Source: Eledone cirrhosa (lineage: Eukaryota). Taken from it: a stretch of DNA of 64,000 bases. Each line of letters opens with the position of its first letter. The stretch's first letter is position 1. Below the pieces are notes generated by a model, which did not search any database, had not been told where the DNA came from, and was given only the letters and a program-made list of their open reading frames with translations. The stretch spans positions 1 through 64,000 of the forward strand of contig CAXHJY010000704.1 of NCBI GenBank assembly GCA_964016885.1, written 5' to 3'. Below, piece after piece: positions 36,181 to 48,732 of the stretch. A program made the translations under genes and the position numbers.

Positions 36181-36749
36181 GAGATAAATATTTTTTCAAA
36201 AGAATATTGCATGCAACGTTTGTGAATTTTGTTATATTTCACTATTGTAGTTAACCTATTTCTAAGTTTTGTATTGTGAAGTTTTAATGTGAACAATCAC
36301 ATGCACATATAATCTAACAAGTCAGTCTGTATGGTGTTGTCTAGAAATATTTCTCCACCTCCTTTGAGTTCTTTCTCCCTGATTGGCAACTATTCTCAAT
36401 TATATTAATGGCTATTGCAATGGTATTTCTGTGGTCAAATGTCTTGGCAACTATCACCATTTCTCAAACCAAGAACAATTAACAAACACATTGAATATTT
36501 TCTCCTCTTGCTGACTTGTAGTTTTCCTTTATGAGTTTTAGTTACAGATTCTAACAGTCTTAAAGTACAGAAATATCTAATCTGTGCCAAATATTGCAGA
36601 GTAGATGTAACATTACTATTATCAATGACATGGGAGGGGGGAGTCCCATATCACTCATTATCATTGCTTGCATGTAGAGCAAAGAATATATATTCTTTGT
36701 AATTAAACATGCTTAGGTATTAGGGATCTATGTCTGTCTGATAAGGAGG

Positions 36750-37040
36750 ATTTATTAATCAGAGTGCTGACTACAAGCAATAGTAGTATTAATCCAAGGA
36801 CTGTAAGTTTATTCTTTATTAATTTATTAATCAGAGTGCTGACTACAAGCAATGGTAGTACTAATCCAAGGACTGTAAGTTCATTTTTTATTAATGATGC
36901 TAGATTGAATGGTAGTACTAATTCAGGGACTGTAAGTTCATTCTTTATTAGTTTATTAATTAGAGTGCTGGCTTCAAGCAATGGTAGTACTAATCCAAGG
37001 ACTATAAATTAATTCTTTATTAATGATGCTAGATTCAGAT
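36750..37040. repeat. Compound minisatellite (72-bp and about 57-bp units)
   Basis: TTTATTAATCAGAGTGCTGACTACAAGCAAT at 36751 and 36823; AAT.GTAGTA.TAAT.CA.GGACT.TAA four times. Confidence 0.85.
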
Positions 37041-37307
37041 ATATCATTTTTTCCATCTTAGTTATATTTTCTACTTGGCTGATATATAGTTAACACCTCT
37101 CACTAGCAATATATTTTTATTTTATATTCAAGCAAAGGAAACTCTTTGAAAGCAAAAGCAAAGCTAGGTTCTCATAAATCTAAAAAAAGACTAATCTCTT
37201 ATGTTGCTGCTGTGCTCATAATAAAAGTTATTAATTTTTTGTAAAGTTAATGTGAGGTTATGTGTATGAGTTCATTAAAAAAATGTATAAGTATTATATG
37301 AGTGAAA

Positions 37308-37632
37308 GGGCTTAGTGGTTAGAGCATTGAGCTCGCAATCGTAAGGTTGTAAGTTCGAATGTTGGACCAGGTGGTGCATTGTGTTCTTCAGCAAAACACT
37401 TTATTTCATGTTGCTTCAGTTTAGTCAGCTGTAGAAATGAGTTGTGATGTCACTGGTGCCAAGCTGTATCAAAAATTGCTTTTCCCTTGGACAACATCGG
37501 TGACATGGAGAGGGGAGACTGGTATGCATGGGCGACTGCTGGTCTTCCACAAACACACCTTGCCCAAGGTTGTGGCCACGGAGGAGAACTTTCTAGGTGT
37601 AAAGTGATAGTCATTCATGGCTGAAAGAGTCC
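37308..37632 (+). mobile_element. tRNA-derived CORE-type SINE
   Basis: GGCTTAGTGG A box, AGTTCGAAT B box, TGTGTTCTTCAGCAAAACACTTTATTTCA core; homologous to 5156-5461. Confidence 0.8.
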
Positions 37633-38123
37633 TACGATATGATATCTGTTTGTTTTTCTATCAACTAACTTTATTGTATTTCACTTTAGCAAAATAAGTA
37701 TTTTTTTTTTTTTATTTAATAATTGGCTGTAATAGTGTGTGTTTATTTATATGTATGTAGCTTTGTATTTCAGTATCTTTGTTTTTCATGGTTGATCCTG
37801 ATTTGGCAGCTGAACTTCATCCCATCTCTTTATCTGTATTCTATAAATATCTTTTCTATGATGATTGTTCTGTTGAACATTCTTCTTTGTTCTTCCTCTT
37901 AAGTTTGCTAATCAAGTGATTAATTCTCATCCTGTCACTGTGGTTGCTCCCTATTGTAAGAAGAATTTCTACTCCACTAGTTTCATTCTATGAATGTCTA
38001 TCTAATGGAACTCTCTTCCTTCTTGTTTCCACAATGGATATGATCTTAATTCTTTTAAATCTTCTGTTGATCATTTTTCTGACTTTAGGGGCAGTGTCTT
38101 ATTATCATTATTATTTCTTTCTA

Positions 38124-38318
38124 GGACGGTGGATTGGCAGTATTGGTAGGGGGTTGGACGCCATGCTTTGACACATAGTTACGACCCTTGCCATTCTGAG
38201 TTCAAATCCCGCCGAGGTTAACTTTGCCTTTCATCCTTACGGGGTTGATAAAATAAAGTACCAGTAATACACTGGGATAATTGCTGGCCTTGTGCCAAAA
38301 GTAGAAACAATTATTATT
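38124..38318 (+). mobile_element. tRNA-derived SINE (Meta-domain-like), full length with probable TSD
   Basis: A box TGGCAGTATTGG, B box GAGTTCAAATCCC, (ATT)n tail; ATTATTATTTCTTT at both flanks. Further decayed copies near 1, 1075, 5960, 9090, 15255, 16100, 38480, 43190, 43700, 48300 and 50750. Confidence 0.8.
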
Positions 38319-38631
38319 TCTTTTTCTAATGTGACTCTTTATTTCTGTAACTCCCATCAAATTAAGTGGCTGTTTCATGTCTGCTGTATTGCCACCTTTT
38401 AGGTTGTGACTTCAATAAATAAAATAAAAATTGTTGATGTGTTTGCGTTGGATTATTTTGGGGGTTTGTATAAGTGTTTTGGTAGCAAATTGGTAGAGTT
38501 GTTAGAGGGTCAGATAGAATGTTTTCCAGTATTTGTTCCAACTCTAGGTTCAAATTACACTGAAGTCAACTTTGACTTTCATCCATTTAAGTTTGATAAA
38601 AAAGTACTACTCTATTACGATTCTTCCTCTT

Positions 38632-38687
<56 letters not shown>

Positions 38688-38695
38688 GATGATGA

Positions 38696-38730
<35 letters not shown>

Positions 38731-38737
38731 GTGTATA

Positions 38738-40280
38738 TATTGTTATACTTTGGGCGGGTCATGTTGCCAATAAGAAACACACGCACCAGTTGTTTTCACT
38801 TCAATTTATTATAAATTTCCGGTTGGTTGGTTGGTTCTATAACGGGATGGTTGTTCATATATTGTCAAAGTTCTTTCGTCACACATTCTGTGACCTCTTC
38901 AGTGACTGGGGATTCTTTTCTTTATTTTTTATTTTGTGCCTCTCCTTTGTTTTTGTGTGTGTTGTGTGCTTAGTTTGCGCATGTGTTACATCCGGGTGTC
39001 TGTGTGTGTTTTTATTTGTTTAGTTATTTGTTTATTTATTTGTTTATTTACATGTTACTAGTTGGTTGTTTGTTCTATGTGTGTGTGTTTTCATTTTGTC
39101 CTTAATTATAAGTTGTGATGTTGCTATTCCATTCATGTTTTCTATTTAATTTTGGTTGGAGTTCATTTATGTTTATTGCCTCTGTGATTTGTCTAAACAT
39201 TGCGTCTTTTCTGTGTGTAGATTCTATTTTTATCTCTATGTTCTCTAATTTACCCTTATGTTCTATTTTAGCATGTTGGTGGAGTACAGATGATTCTTTT
39301 CTATCTTGAAGCTCTTGCCAGTGTTCATTTATCCATTCTCCTATACTACGAGCTGTCTCACCTATGTACACTATATTCTTATCTGTACATTGTCCTTCAG
39401 TACATCTTATGCTATATACTACATTTCTAGTTTTACAGTTAATATGGGGGCTTAGTTTACAGATTATACATTTCTTATCTATACAGGGAGGTCTTTGAAA
39501 AGGGTATGTATTGCTAATAAGTGTTTTTATGGAGGTACCTGGTCTTTCTACTATTTTAATATTGAGTTTATGTTTATCTAGGGCCCTTCTAAATTTGTAA
39601 GCTAATTCACCTCTAGGAGTTGTATTGATGAACATTACACTCTGGTATTTATTGCTATAATACCATGAGTTTATTCTATTAACCTTATTCCTAGTTCTTT
39701 CTATTCTATTCCAAAATTTGCTCCTATACAAGGGGCAGGTCCCATTTGTATCATTATTTCCCATTTTTTCCCATTTTTTTCTGGCTCCTCTATATACTCT
39801 ATATACTCTGATGTTATCTCTCTGATTGTAACCAGAGAACTGCATATGGTGGATGAAGTGTTGTATGTGTATCTCTAGTTCTTTGGGGTTGCACATGCGG
39901 GACACGTTTCTCATCACCCATACCAAATCCGCAATCAGTATGTTGATTTTGGTGTGGTCCGAAACAGCTGAGTTTCGGTGGATCAGATATTTGGAAGACA
40001 TGGGTTTGGCATAATGGGAATGGAGGATTTGTTTTTTGTTATGAATGGTTTCTAACCAGAGCTCTGTGTCTAGTACAGGTAATCGATGGTTGGGGTGTTT
40101 GCTTTGGTAGTCTATAGTAACTCTAATACTCTGGTGGATGGAGTTAGCTATTTGCTGGATGCTTTCCATGGTGTTTTTCTCTAATTCCTGACTGTTCTCT
40201 AGTGGGGGTGTTTTTACTACGATGTTTATATCATCAACGTAGCGGGAGTACATTATCAGGGATAAGAGGTTGCTGCTCAA
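38738..40280 (-). mobile_element. Penelope-like element family 2, 5'-truncated (RT C-half and GIY-YIG, ORF 39102..40280)
   Basis: YSRYVDDIN, LPVLDTEL, HYAKPM (PLE RT); CIICK..CKTRNVVYSIRC..VYIGETARSIGEWINEH..RQITEA..LN (GIY-YIG, with the conserved Arg changed to Trp). Confidence 0.92.
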
Positions 40281-41184
40281 ATTCAGAAATGAAATATATA
40301 TATATATATATATATATAAAGAGAATTAAGTCAAATTTTTTTGTCAGTCCACCTTTTCTAGAATTTTAAGAAAAGCAAATGTAAGAACACACTTCTATGG
40401 GAACACATGCATTCTGAACCATGAGCCCTCATACAGCATATTAGTACTTTCTCTCTATGATCACAAATCTTCTTACTGACAATATTAATGAACAGATCAG
40501 ATACTTTAATCAATAGTATATATGTAGATTCAGTAAATTTTGAAATTTCAGTTATTTTTCTTTGTACTTCTTCATTTTAAACCATCTCCCATAGCTCTCA
40601 ATCATGAAAGGAAAAACAGCAATATGAAGTCAACATTGAAACATAATTACTTTAAAAGAAACTGGAAAAAAGTTGACAAAGATAACTTTCAGACTCTTCA
40701 GAAATTGATTGGAAGCAATATTCTACATATTAAACTACAAAATATTGATTTATCTTTCAATAATTTATAAGATACTATCAATCATCATCTTAGACTATGT
40801 GTAAATTTATATATATTTTTAAATGGAAACAATGACCTAAGCAAAGATATTGAAACTGATATTAATTTTTTTTTTCCAATTTCTTATTGAAAAGAGGTAG
40901 ATACAACTGCCATAACCTTTGAAGGCCACCTCATGAGTAATGAGATTAATGTGGCTGATGTTCAGTAAGAACTTTTGTAGAGAAATTTCAGCAGAAAGGG
41001 ATTCCAAAGAGCTCTAGCTCAGGGAAGGAATAATTTGGCAGGATTTCAAACATGTTAGACATATAATGAGGATGAATGGATGAGTGGAGGGTGCACTGTA
41101 TGGCTTTGAAGGAGGTAAATATAAAATTTGCTATTTTAGAGGAGCAAACGCCAATAAAGTAGTTAACTAGAAAAAAAAAATAGT

Positions 41185-41590
41185 ACCACAGCTTGCAATG
41201 CAGAGAGCAGGAAGACAAACAAATACTGGAGCTTGTCCAGCCAATTCCTCTTTGCACCAGTCACCATTGAGACCTCAGGCATCCTCGGACCCTGTACAGC
41301 TGACCTCCTCGATAAAGTCAAATTGATAAAAACCCATCTGAGGAAGGAGCCCCACAAGGTGGCATGGCTGTTGCAGCGTGTCGCTGGCCATTGTCCGCAG
41401 AAATGCTTTTTCCATTTTGTCTAGAGTGCGCAGCTGAAACCACACTCTCACATTGGTGTAGAATCTGTCATCCTCTCCCCTTCCCTATTTTTTTTCTTCC
41501 TTTGTCTAGTAGTCCTTGCTCTTCCCCTACTTTTCCTCTCATTTATGGCATTTATACTCCTTTCCAATGCTGCTTTCTTTTTCTATATTT
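41185..41590 (+). mobile_element. CRE-like RLE non-LTR retrotransposon 3' end
   Basis: KTNKYWSLSSQFLFAPVTIETSGILGP..WLLQRV, then after a frameshift LAIVRRNAFSI; fits K..KY..F.P..ET.G..G..LQR.S.A..RGNA. Confidence 0.65.
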
Positions 41591-42357
41591 TTAACCAAAT
41601 AAAGTGAATGAGGTTCAAAGAAAAACATGTCTTTGAACCAGTGTGTTGGTGAGTTTTTGCAAATGTGTTGGCTGTCCTGTTTCTTGAATGAGGTCAAAGA
41701 TGTTTGCTTGTGTAGCAGCAGTAAAACTCAGAGACATAAATATTACTTTATTATGGATTACATTGAAATTTGGCAATATTATATATGTGAGGTCACTATG
41801 ACAATGTCAGAGATTGTATGACATTAGATGTTGATTTTGAGGGATTTAGTGATATAATTCCTACTGTGAGTGTTTGGGTTTGATGTATATGGAAATTATT
41901 GGCTTCTAAATGTAATTAATATTAGAAACTCGCAAGATAGTATATAATCTTATAGATATCTGATAACGAAAGGATTTCTACAGTGCCAGACACTGATAAT
42001 TTCTTTATTCTGTTAGCGGGTATCATGGTTGGATTTTCTTCTTATGTGTCTGTATACAATATCTAATATATAACTAATCCATTTCTTGATATAAATACAC
42101 AGTACACAGGTAAGCAATACAAGTATCACAATTAGATATGTATGCATACATTCAGACAAGTATATGCTGAAGATATAAAATATCTTCTTCTTCTTCTCCC
42201 ACTTATTCCTGAGATTGTCATGGGGACATATCCTCAAACACTCCTTCCAGCAGATCCTGTCAGAAGCAACCATCTCCAACTGATCCAGCTGGATCCTCAA
42301 GCAAAACCAAGCTTATGGATGTTATCCAACCATCCTGGATCTCCTGTTGGCTGGTTT

Positions 42358-42399
<42 letters not shown>

Positions 42400-42400
42400 A

Positions 42401-42870
42401 ACTAGAAGTCGATGGAAACCGCGGAGTGGGGAGACCCAAGATGACCTGGGATGAGGTGATAAAAGCCGACCTTACCCAATTACACCTCTCGAAGGCGATG
42501 ACACACGACCGTGACCACTGGCGTCACGCAGTAATACAGAATACCCGCCCTCCCATGGGTACAAGCTGAAGCATATAGACAATATGCCCCCACACCCTCC
42601 CACTGCAAGGTGGTCGTGGAGGTGCCACGGCAAAAAAGCACCCAGCCCACACTGTAAAGTAGACGTGTAGGCGCCACGAAAAAGCACCCAGCACTCACTG
42701 TAAATGAGGTTGGTGTTAGGAAGGGCATCCAGCTGTAGAAATCAAGCCAAATCAGTTCCTGTATGAGCAAGGTATGGTCAGCCGACCAGACACTGCCCAC
42801 AACAGGACAACCCGTCTAACCCATGCTAGCGTGGAAGAACGGACGTAAAACGGTGATGATGATGATGATA
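42401..42870 (+). mobile_element. RTE subfamily A 3' fragment
   Basis: LEVDGNRGVGRPKMTWDEVIKADL.. plus full 3' UTR; starts right after a TA run. Confidence 0.92.
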
Positions 42871-44219
42871 TAAAATATCAGTGGTAAAAATTCTACTAAG
42901 AAAAGGATGTAGATCCTCATCCACAAACAAAACACTAGATGAAAAAGTTACAAAATTATTTTTTAAAAAAACACTCATCAAAAATGGATGTTCAAACAAA
43001 TTAATAAATCAATTTATGTATGTATAAACCTGTAACTCATGACGAAGTCATAGGTGTACCATATTGACATACAACATTTCTTGGGGCCTGATGGAGCCCA
43101 TCTCCTCTCGAGATCTGAGAACAGCAGATTTCATCCAGATAGGAATAGAGAGGATAAGAAAGGAAATAAAAAAGAGATATAGATGAAGAATCAACCCCAG
43201 TACTAGACTGGTACTTTTTTTATCAACTTTGAAAGGATGAAAGGCAAAGCTGGCCTTGATGGGATATGAACTCAGAGAACAAAGAGCCCAAACAAATACC
43301 ACAAAGCATTCTACCTAACATTCAAACAATTCTGCCAATTCACCACCTTAAATCAATCTATACAAATCAACAAATAAAACAGGCACCATACCAGTCTATA
43401 AGCTGTAATTAAGAATGTCATGATGAAAATTAAAAGAGTGTTTGTTGTTTCTTGCACCAGGTCTATCATCATTGTCATTCCAGTCAAAATGATCCCATCT
43501 TTATATCAGGCATAACCCCATCCAATAAGGAAAATGTGTCAGCTACTTCTAGTAGATCAAGTAATCACATAGTCTCCTTTATTAGTTGAATTTATTTACT
43601 TGCCAGGAAAGTTGCAAAAGCAACTTCATAGTGTTCTTGACTTCACTGACATGGTAAAGTTAGTAGTAGTAGTAGTAGTAGTAACAGTAATAATAATTTC
43701 TAATGGCATAAGGCTATATGCATTTTTTGTAGAGAACGCCATCAATTAAACTAATTCCAGTGTATTACTGGTACTTATTTGAGCAAACTTTGTAGGATGA
43801 AAGGAAAAGTCAAGCCACATGAGAATTGAAATCTAAATGTGAACAGAAAGGGCTAAATACCACAAACACTCTACTGGTTCTGTTAGTCATCCTCTTCCTA
43901 AATCATTAATTTACTATTAATGATCCTTAAAAGAGTATTATATAGCGGAAAGAAATTAGGGTAAGTAATTAATTGAAAACTCTGCAATCATCCAAATGTG
44001 CCTGATGCTATTAATAGAATTGAACTAATGTCAAGAACATTTAGAAATTTCTAAAGCTGTCAATGATATTCATAAGATCACAAACTATAATTAAGAGACC
44101 TCATCAAATTGAAACTGTTTCCATGCTTCTACTAACAAAAACAAAAGCAAAAGAAAAATAGATGTTAAGTCCTCTATCTCATCTTAAAAACAAAAACAAT
44201 TGCTGATGCTTATTTTATA

Positions 44220-45230
44220 TTAAGACAAACTGATCCCAATAGGATTTGATTTTAGAAGTTAGGAGGACAACATTGACATACTGTCATGCATTTAGTTAAA
44301 CTCTGAAACAATGTAACTAGTGAGAGTACTGAAATTCTGTCTCTAATAGATTCTATCACGGCATTTCTTCACTGGATATTTTCCAAATAACCTGAAAGTG
44401 ACATAAGTCATCACAAAGCTTAAGAAATATTCCACTTTAGACCATTAAAACCACTGACCAATTTCCTTCTTTTCAACTATTGACAAAATGATTGTACAAA
44501 CTGACAAAATATTGGAAAAGTAAATGTATAATCAGATTTTCTGAGAAATTTTAAGTGCATTCATCCATTTCAGTATTCTTCCAATATTTTAACCAAGATA
44601 ATGAAATGTTTTAAGGATTTTACTTATGGTCACATAGCATAAGTTGCTGTATCCTTCTAAACAACATAGATCACAGTTTTCTCTTGCTTAAACTAATATA
44701 GCATTCATAGCCCATACAAAATATAGCTGAAATCTTTCTTTGTAAACTCAGTAGTTCTCTATTGTAGGGTTTAAATCTTATAGCAACCCACTTAACAGTG
44801 ATATCCCATAAGGATTCATTCTTGGACTACTCTTGTTTAAAGTTTTCATTAATAACCTCTATTTCATTGAGAAATTCTTCAACCAACATCATTTTGTAGA
44901 TGACACAATCTATTACTTTTGGATAAGTCTCAAATCTATTAGGAAAAGAATTAACAGAGCTCTTAAACTACTATGCCATTAGTTAAATGGAATAAAATTT
45001 CCCTTAATGTGAGTAAAACAGAATATATCTTATTTCATGGCTGGTCTAATGCTATAAATTATCATTTGAACATAAAAATCAATGGTAAGAAATTACACCC
45101 TACTATCAAATATCTTACAATCTTTCTGAATATAAACTGCATATAAATGTGATGTCTCTAAAATTTTTCAAAGTTAACTGGTGGACTTGCCAATTCTAGA
45201 CAGCATCTGATCACTAACTTATTTTCTATT
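44220..45230 (+). mobile_element. Highly degenerate CR1/L2-group LINE RT relic
   Basis: Recognisable pieces GYFPNNLKVT, PISLLSTIDK, GFILGLLLF..FINNL, HFVDDT among many stops. Confidence 0.6.
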
Positions 45231-48200
45231 GTCTATTAAACTTTGTTCTTGCTCTAATGTAGTTTTCTTTGTTTTTAACTGAATTTAGGTTATTATTATT
45301 GTATTTTTATAAATACTGGGAAATGTAGACAACCAAATAAATTGCAATAACAATGCATTTAAAAAAATATTAATAATGATAAACTGTAATATTACATACT
45401 CAACAGTAAAAACTGTAATATTACATATACAACAGTAAAAATTGTATTACCCATATAATTACAATAACATATTGTAGGAGCCATTTGGTCATGAATGACC
45501 ATGATTTTTGCACCGAGAAAGATCCCTTCTAAGACCCAAGCCTGAGCAAGGTGTGTTTGTGGAAGACCAGCAGTCACCTATGCACGCCAGTCTCCCCTTT
45601 TGAAAAACATGCAGACGTACAAGAGTACAATATGTCCATCAATAATTAAGCGTTACATTCAATTGTGTGAGGATTCTAGAGAATAAATACTGTTTCTAAC
45701 GATTGGAAAAATAATAATATTTACAGAAGCAGCAATAATATTTAAAGGATTCTACAAATCTAAAATTTGAATTATAGCTGATCAAAATGCTAGTTTATCA
45801 GAAAGGTGAATGAAAAAGTTGATGATTGATATGCCATTATCAGTACTGTGTAGAATCTCATTGGCCAAGTCTATCAGTTGTAAATGAATAGATAACATTT
45901 AGATGTTAAAATTCAGCTATTTAATCAGTAGAGACAATGAGAAATTAACAGATATTTTATTGGCTTGCAGTGCTAAGTTCAAATTTTCAGTAGGTTTTAT
46001 CCTATAAGAGAAAATATCATTGAACAAACAACCCAATGGCTGAAAACTGAGATGAGCTCCAATATACTACAACAATTTTCAATAAGGAGATGTGGGAGAG
46101 GTAGAGAGAGAGAAAAAGGAAATAGGAAAAATTTAAGCAAATGCTTTCATATTGAAATTGATATTTTATAACCAGTTGTCAACTTCCTTAACTATTTGGC
46201 TATCTCACTGCAAAATAAATATAATTCATAAGAAAAAAAAACAAAAAAACAGACACAAGATAGAAAGATGGGGGTGCAAAGTAAATGAAGAGAAGCCAAT
46301 TCAATAGAGCAGCTATTTTTGATAACAACCATGAAGAATGACAGCAAGTTAACATTTTTGAGAACATCATGTTGTTTCTTTTTAAGGAAACTACATGAAG
46401 ATGCAATAAGTTCAGAATACTATTAACACTGTCAAGTGCAGAACTGCTACAAGTGCCAATATTGTATCTTAATATAATAGCAGTTTTTTTCCCTCTCCAG
46501 TTTTTCTTCATTAATCATGTTGTCAAAGAGATAAAGGAAAGAAAAATAAAGCTCTGATTAAATGAGACTAAATTATTGGACTGGAGAGGTTTTCTTTTAT
46601 TAAATTGGGTCTTTTACTGTAGATAAAGTTTCAAGCTTGATTCTTGAAAGGGGTTAGAAAAGAAGGTGGTGGGTATATAATTAATCAAATTGTTTTATCA
46701 AATAACCATCAGAATCAGCTTGGAATCTTCTAAATAACTGACAATAACATTTATCATTCATGGGAATAAATTTCAATGCACATTTACCAAGTGATAGTGA
46801 GGGGTGAAATGAAGAAGCTAAACAAACCTCTATCTGAAAGTAAGCAGTGAAAAGTCAATTATTGCTACAGCTTAAACAGCAGACCTCCCACACTCATATC
46901 TCAGTTGTCTTTTTATGTAAATCTGACAAGCACTGCAAGGGTAGGATAGTTATTCAATAACAGAGCTCAGGATAGACTGAACTGTAACACTTAATGTCTA
47001 GCCTTCTAAAAGTTAATGCAGTAAACACCTTGATATGAATGACCAGCTAGTAACTTGGCTCAAAGAAACTATTTCCCAATCTTAGTCTAAAACAAGTCTG
47101 AAATAAGCAATAAAAAACATCACCAAACAAAATTGCATCCACCATGACTGCCAATGCCTATGCTCTCTCTCATGTCAAGGGAGGCCACTGCATTTATACA
47201 TTTTCCATTACATCAATACAATGGTTCTATAGCTATCCAAGAATTGATAATATTGTGTTTCTATATTGGCACCAATGGCTCACATATCCGATATGGTAAC
47301 ACCTCATGCTGAAAGTCTGTTGGACAAAGAGCTAACTAGAAACAAGAAACAGATTGAAGTGGCATTCATAGAAATTATTGCAACAACAAAAACGAAACAA
47401 TAGCCACAGCTACCACCACCTACACTATTCTAATGACATTCTAGCCATGGCCACCCCGTTTTCTTATGGGTATCAACCTACAACTATATCATCAAATGTG
47501 TTCTTTGTTTCTCCTTACAAGAAGGCTAGTTTTGTGATTGTGTACAAAAACATCTATACCTCAAAGTCAGTGTTTACATTTAATTATATATGTACTGAAA
47601 TTGACATGATCAACTGAACTGTTGAAGACAGTACCTCAGCAAGGCTGTGGTTCAATGACTGAAACCAATAAAATAATATTAGCATCCTTTTTTTCTTTGT
47701 TGCTATGGAAACAGCAGCTAATCATCATCATCATCGTTTTTACATGTTTCTCCACACTTACCAAATATTTTTTAATTACATCCTATTGTCTTAAATAAAG
47801 AGAAGTCCTAGGTATCCATAAAAAGATGGGGATGGTCACATCTGGAATGCCTTTGATCATAAATTTGTTTGATCAGGATTGCATTCATTTCTTGAGGCAA
47901 TCAACATGTCGCGGAAGAGAAGCCTTCAAATGTGAATGTTAATCTAAGCTAGGTACAAATTCAGCTTATCTACATTATAAAATGTATACATTACACAAAA
48001 TTAAAGTATTACTTTCTAGCATATACAAAACACATTGGATTTAAAGCCATCAGGAAATTAGATTATGTAATATTCATGGCTTTCTTAGGGATATTTCTTT
48101 TTACTATTTAATCAGGAAGGGAGACACCATACTCATGAGCTTTTTCGGGGCCTCTGGGAATGGTGAGTAGGAAGAGAGAACGTATTCTTAAGCTACACAC

Positions 48201-48480
48201 CTGGACTGAATGCTTGTAACAGAGTGAACTTTACTAAAAGTATCCAATGACCAGGTAGTGATATTAAATTGAGCAACAAACTAAGTCTACCATCCAAATA
48301 GGCTACAGTGGGATTTGAAGGCAGAATACAAAGAGATGGATTAAATACCACAAGGCATCAAAAGGATGAAAGGTAAAGTTGATCTCAGCAGGATTTAATG
48401 CTCTAACAACTCAGTTAATTCCCCATTTTGAACAAATTAGTTGTTTTCTTCATTAGTCAGCCAAACAAATTGAAACTGTT

Positions 48481-48732
48481 TTACCCTCTTGACACCAAAT
48501 TGCCTGAAACTGCTACTGGTTCTATGACACAAAACTATTTGTTTTTAAATGTTTATATTTAACTAAAAATACCTTTCATCACAATTTTATGTAAGAACCT
48601 TAGTAAATTATGTTTCAAACCCCAGATTAATAATGAGGATGTTAGTTATATTACAAAATCTTTACAAATTCCTGATTATTTGAAAATCATATGCAGTGTC
48701 TTTTATTAGAAATATGATAATAAAAGAGTTAA
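48481..48732. mobile_element. Possible decayed piggyBac-type MITE
   Basis: Ends TTACCCTCTTGACACC and TGATAATAAAAGAGTTAA resemble TTAA-CCCTTT..AAAGGG-TTAA termini. Confidence 0.35.

Noticed and set aside
36703-37012. Repetitive ORFs on both strands
   Set aside because: Products of the 72/57-bp minisatellite; no splice or homology support
48117-48163. Plus-strand exon-like segment (..TAATCAG|..AATG|GTGAGT)
   Set aside because: 47 nt, no recognisable peptide and no partner exons; such pseudo-exons are common by chance
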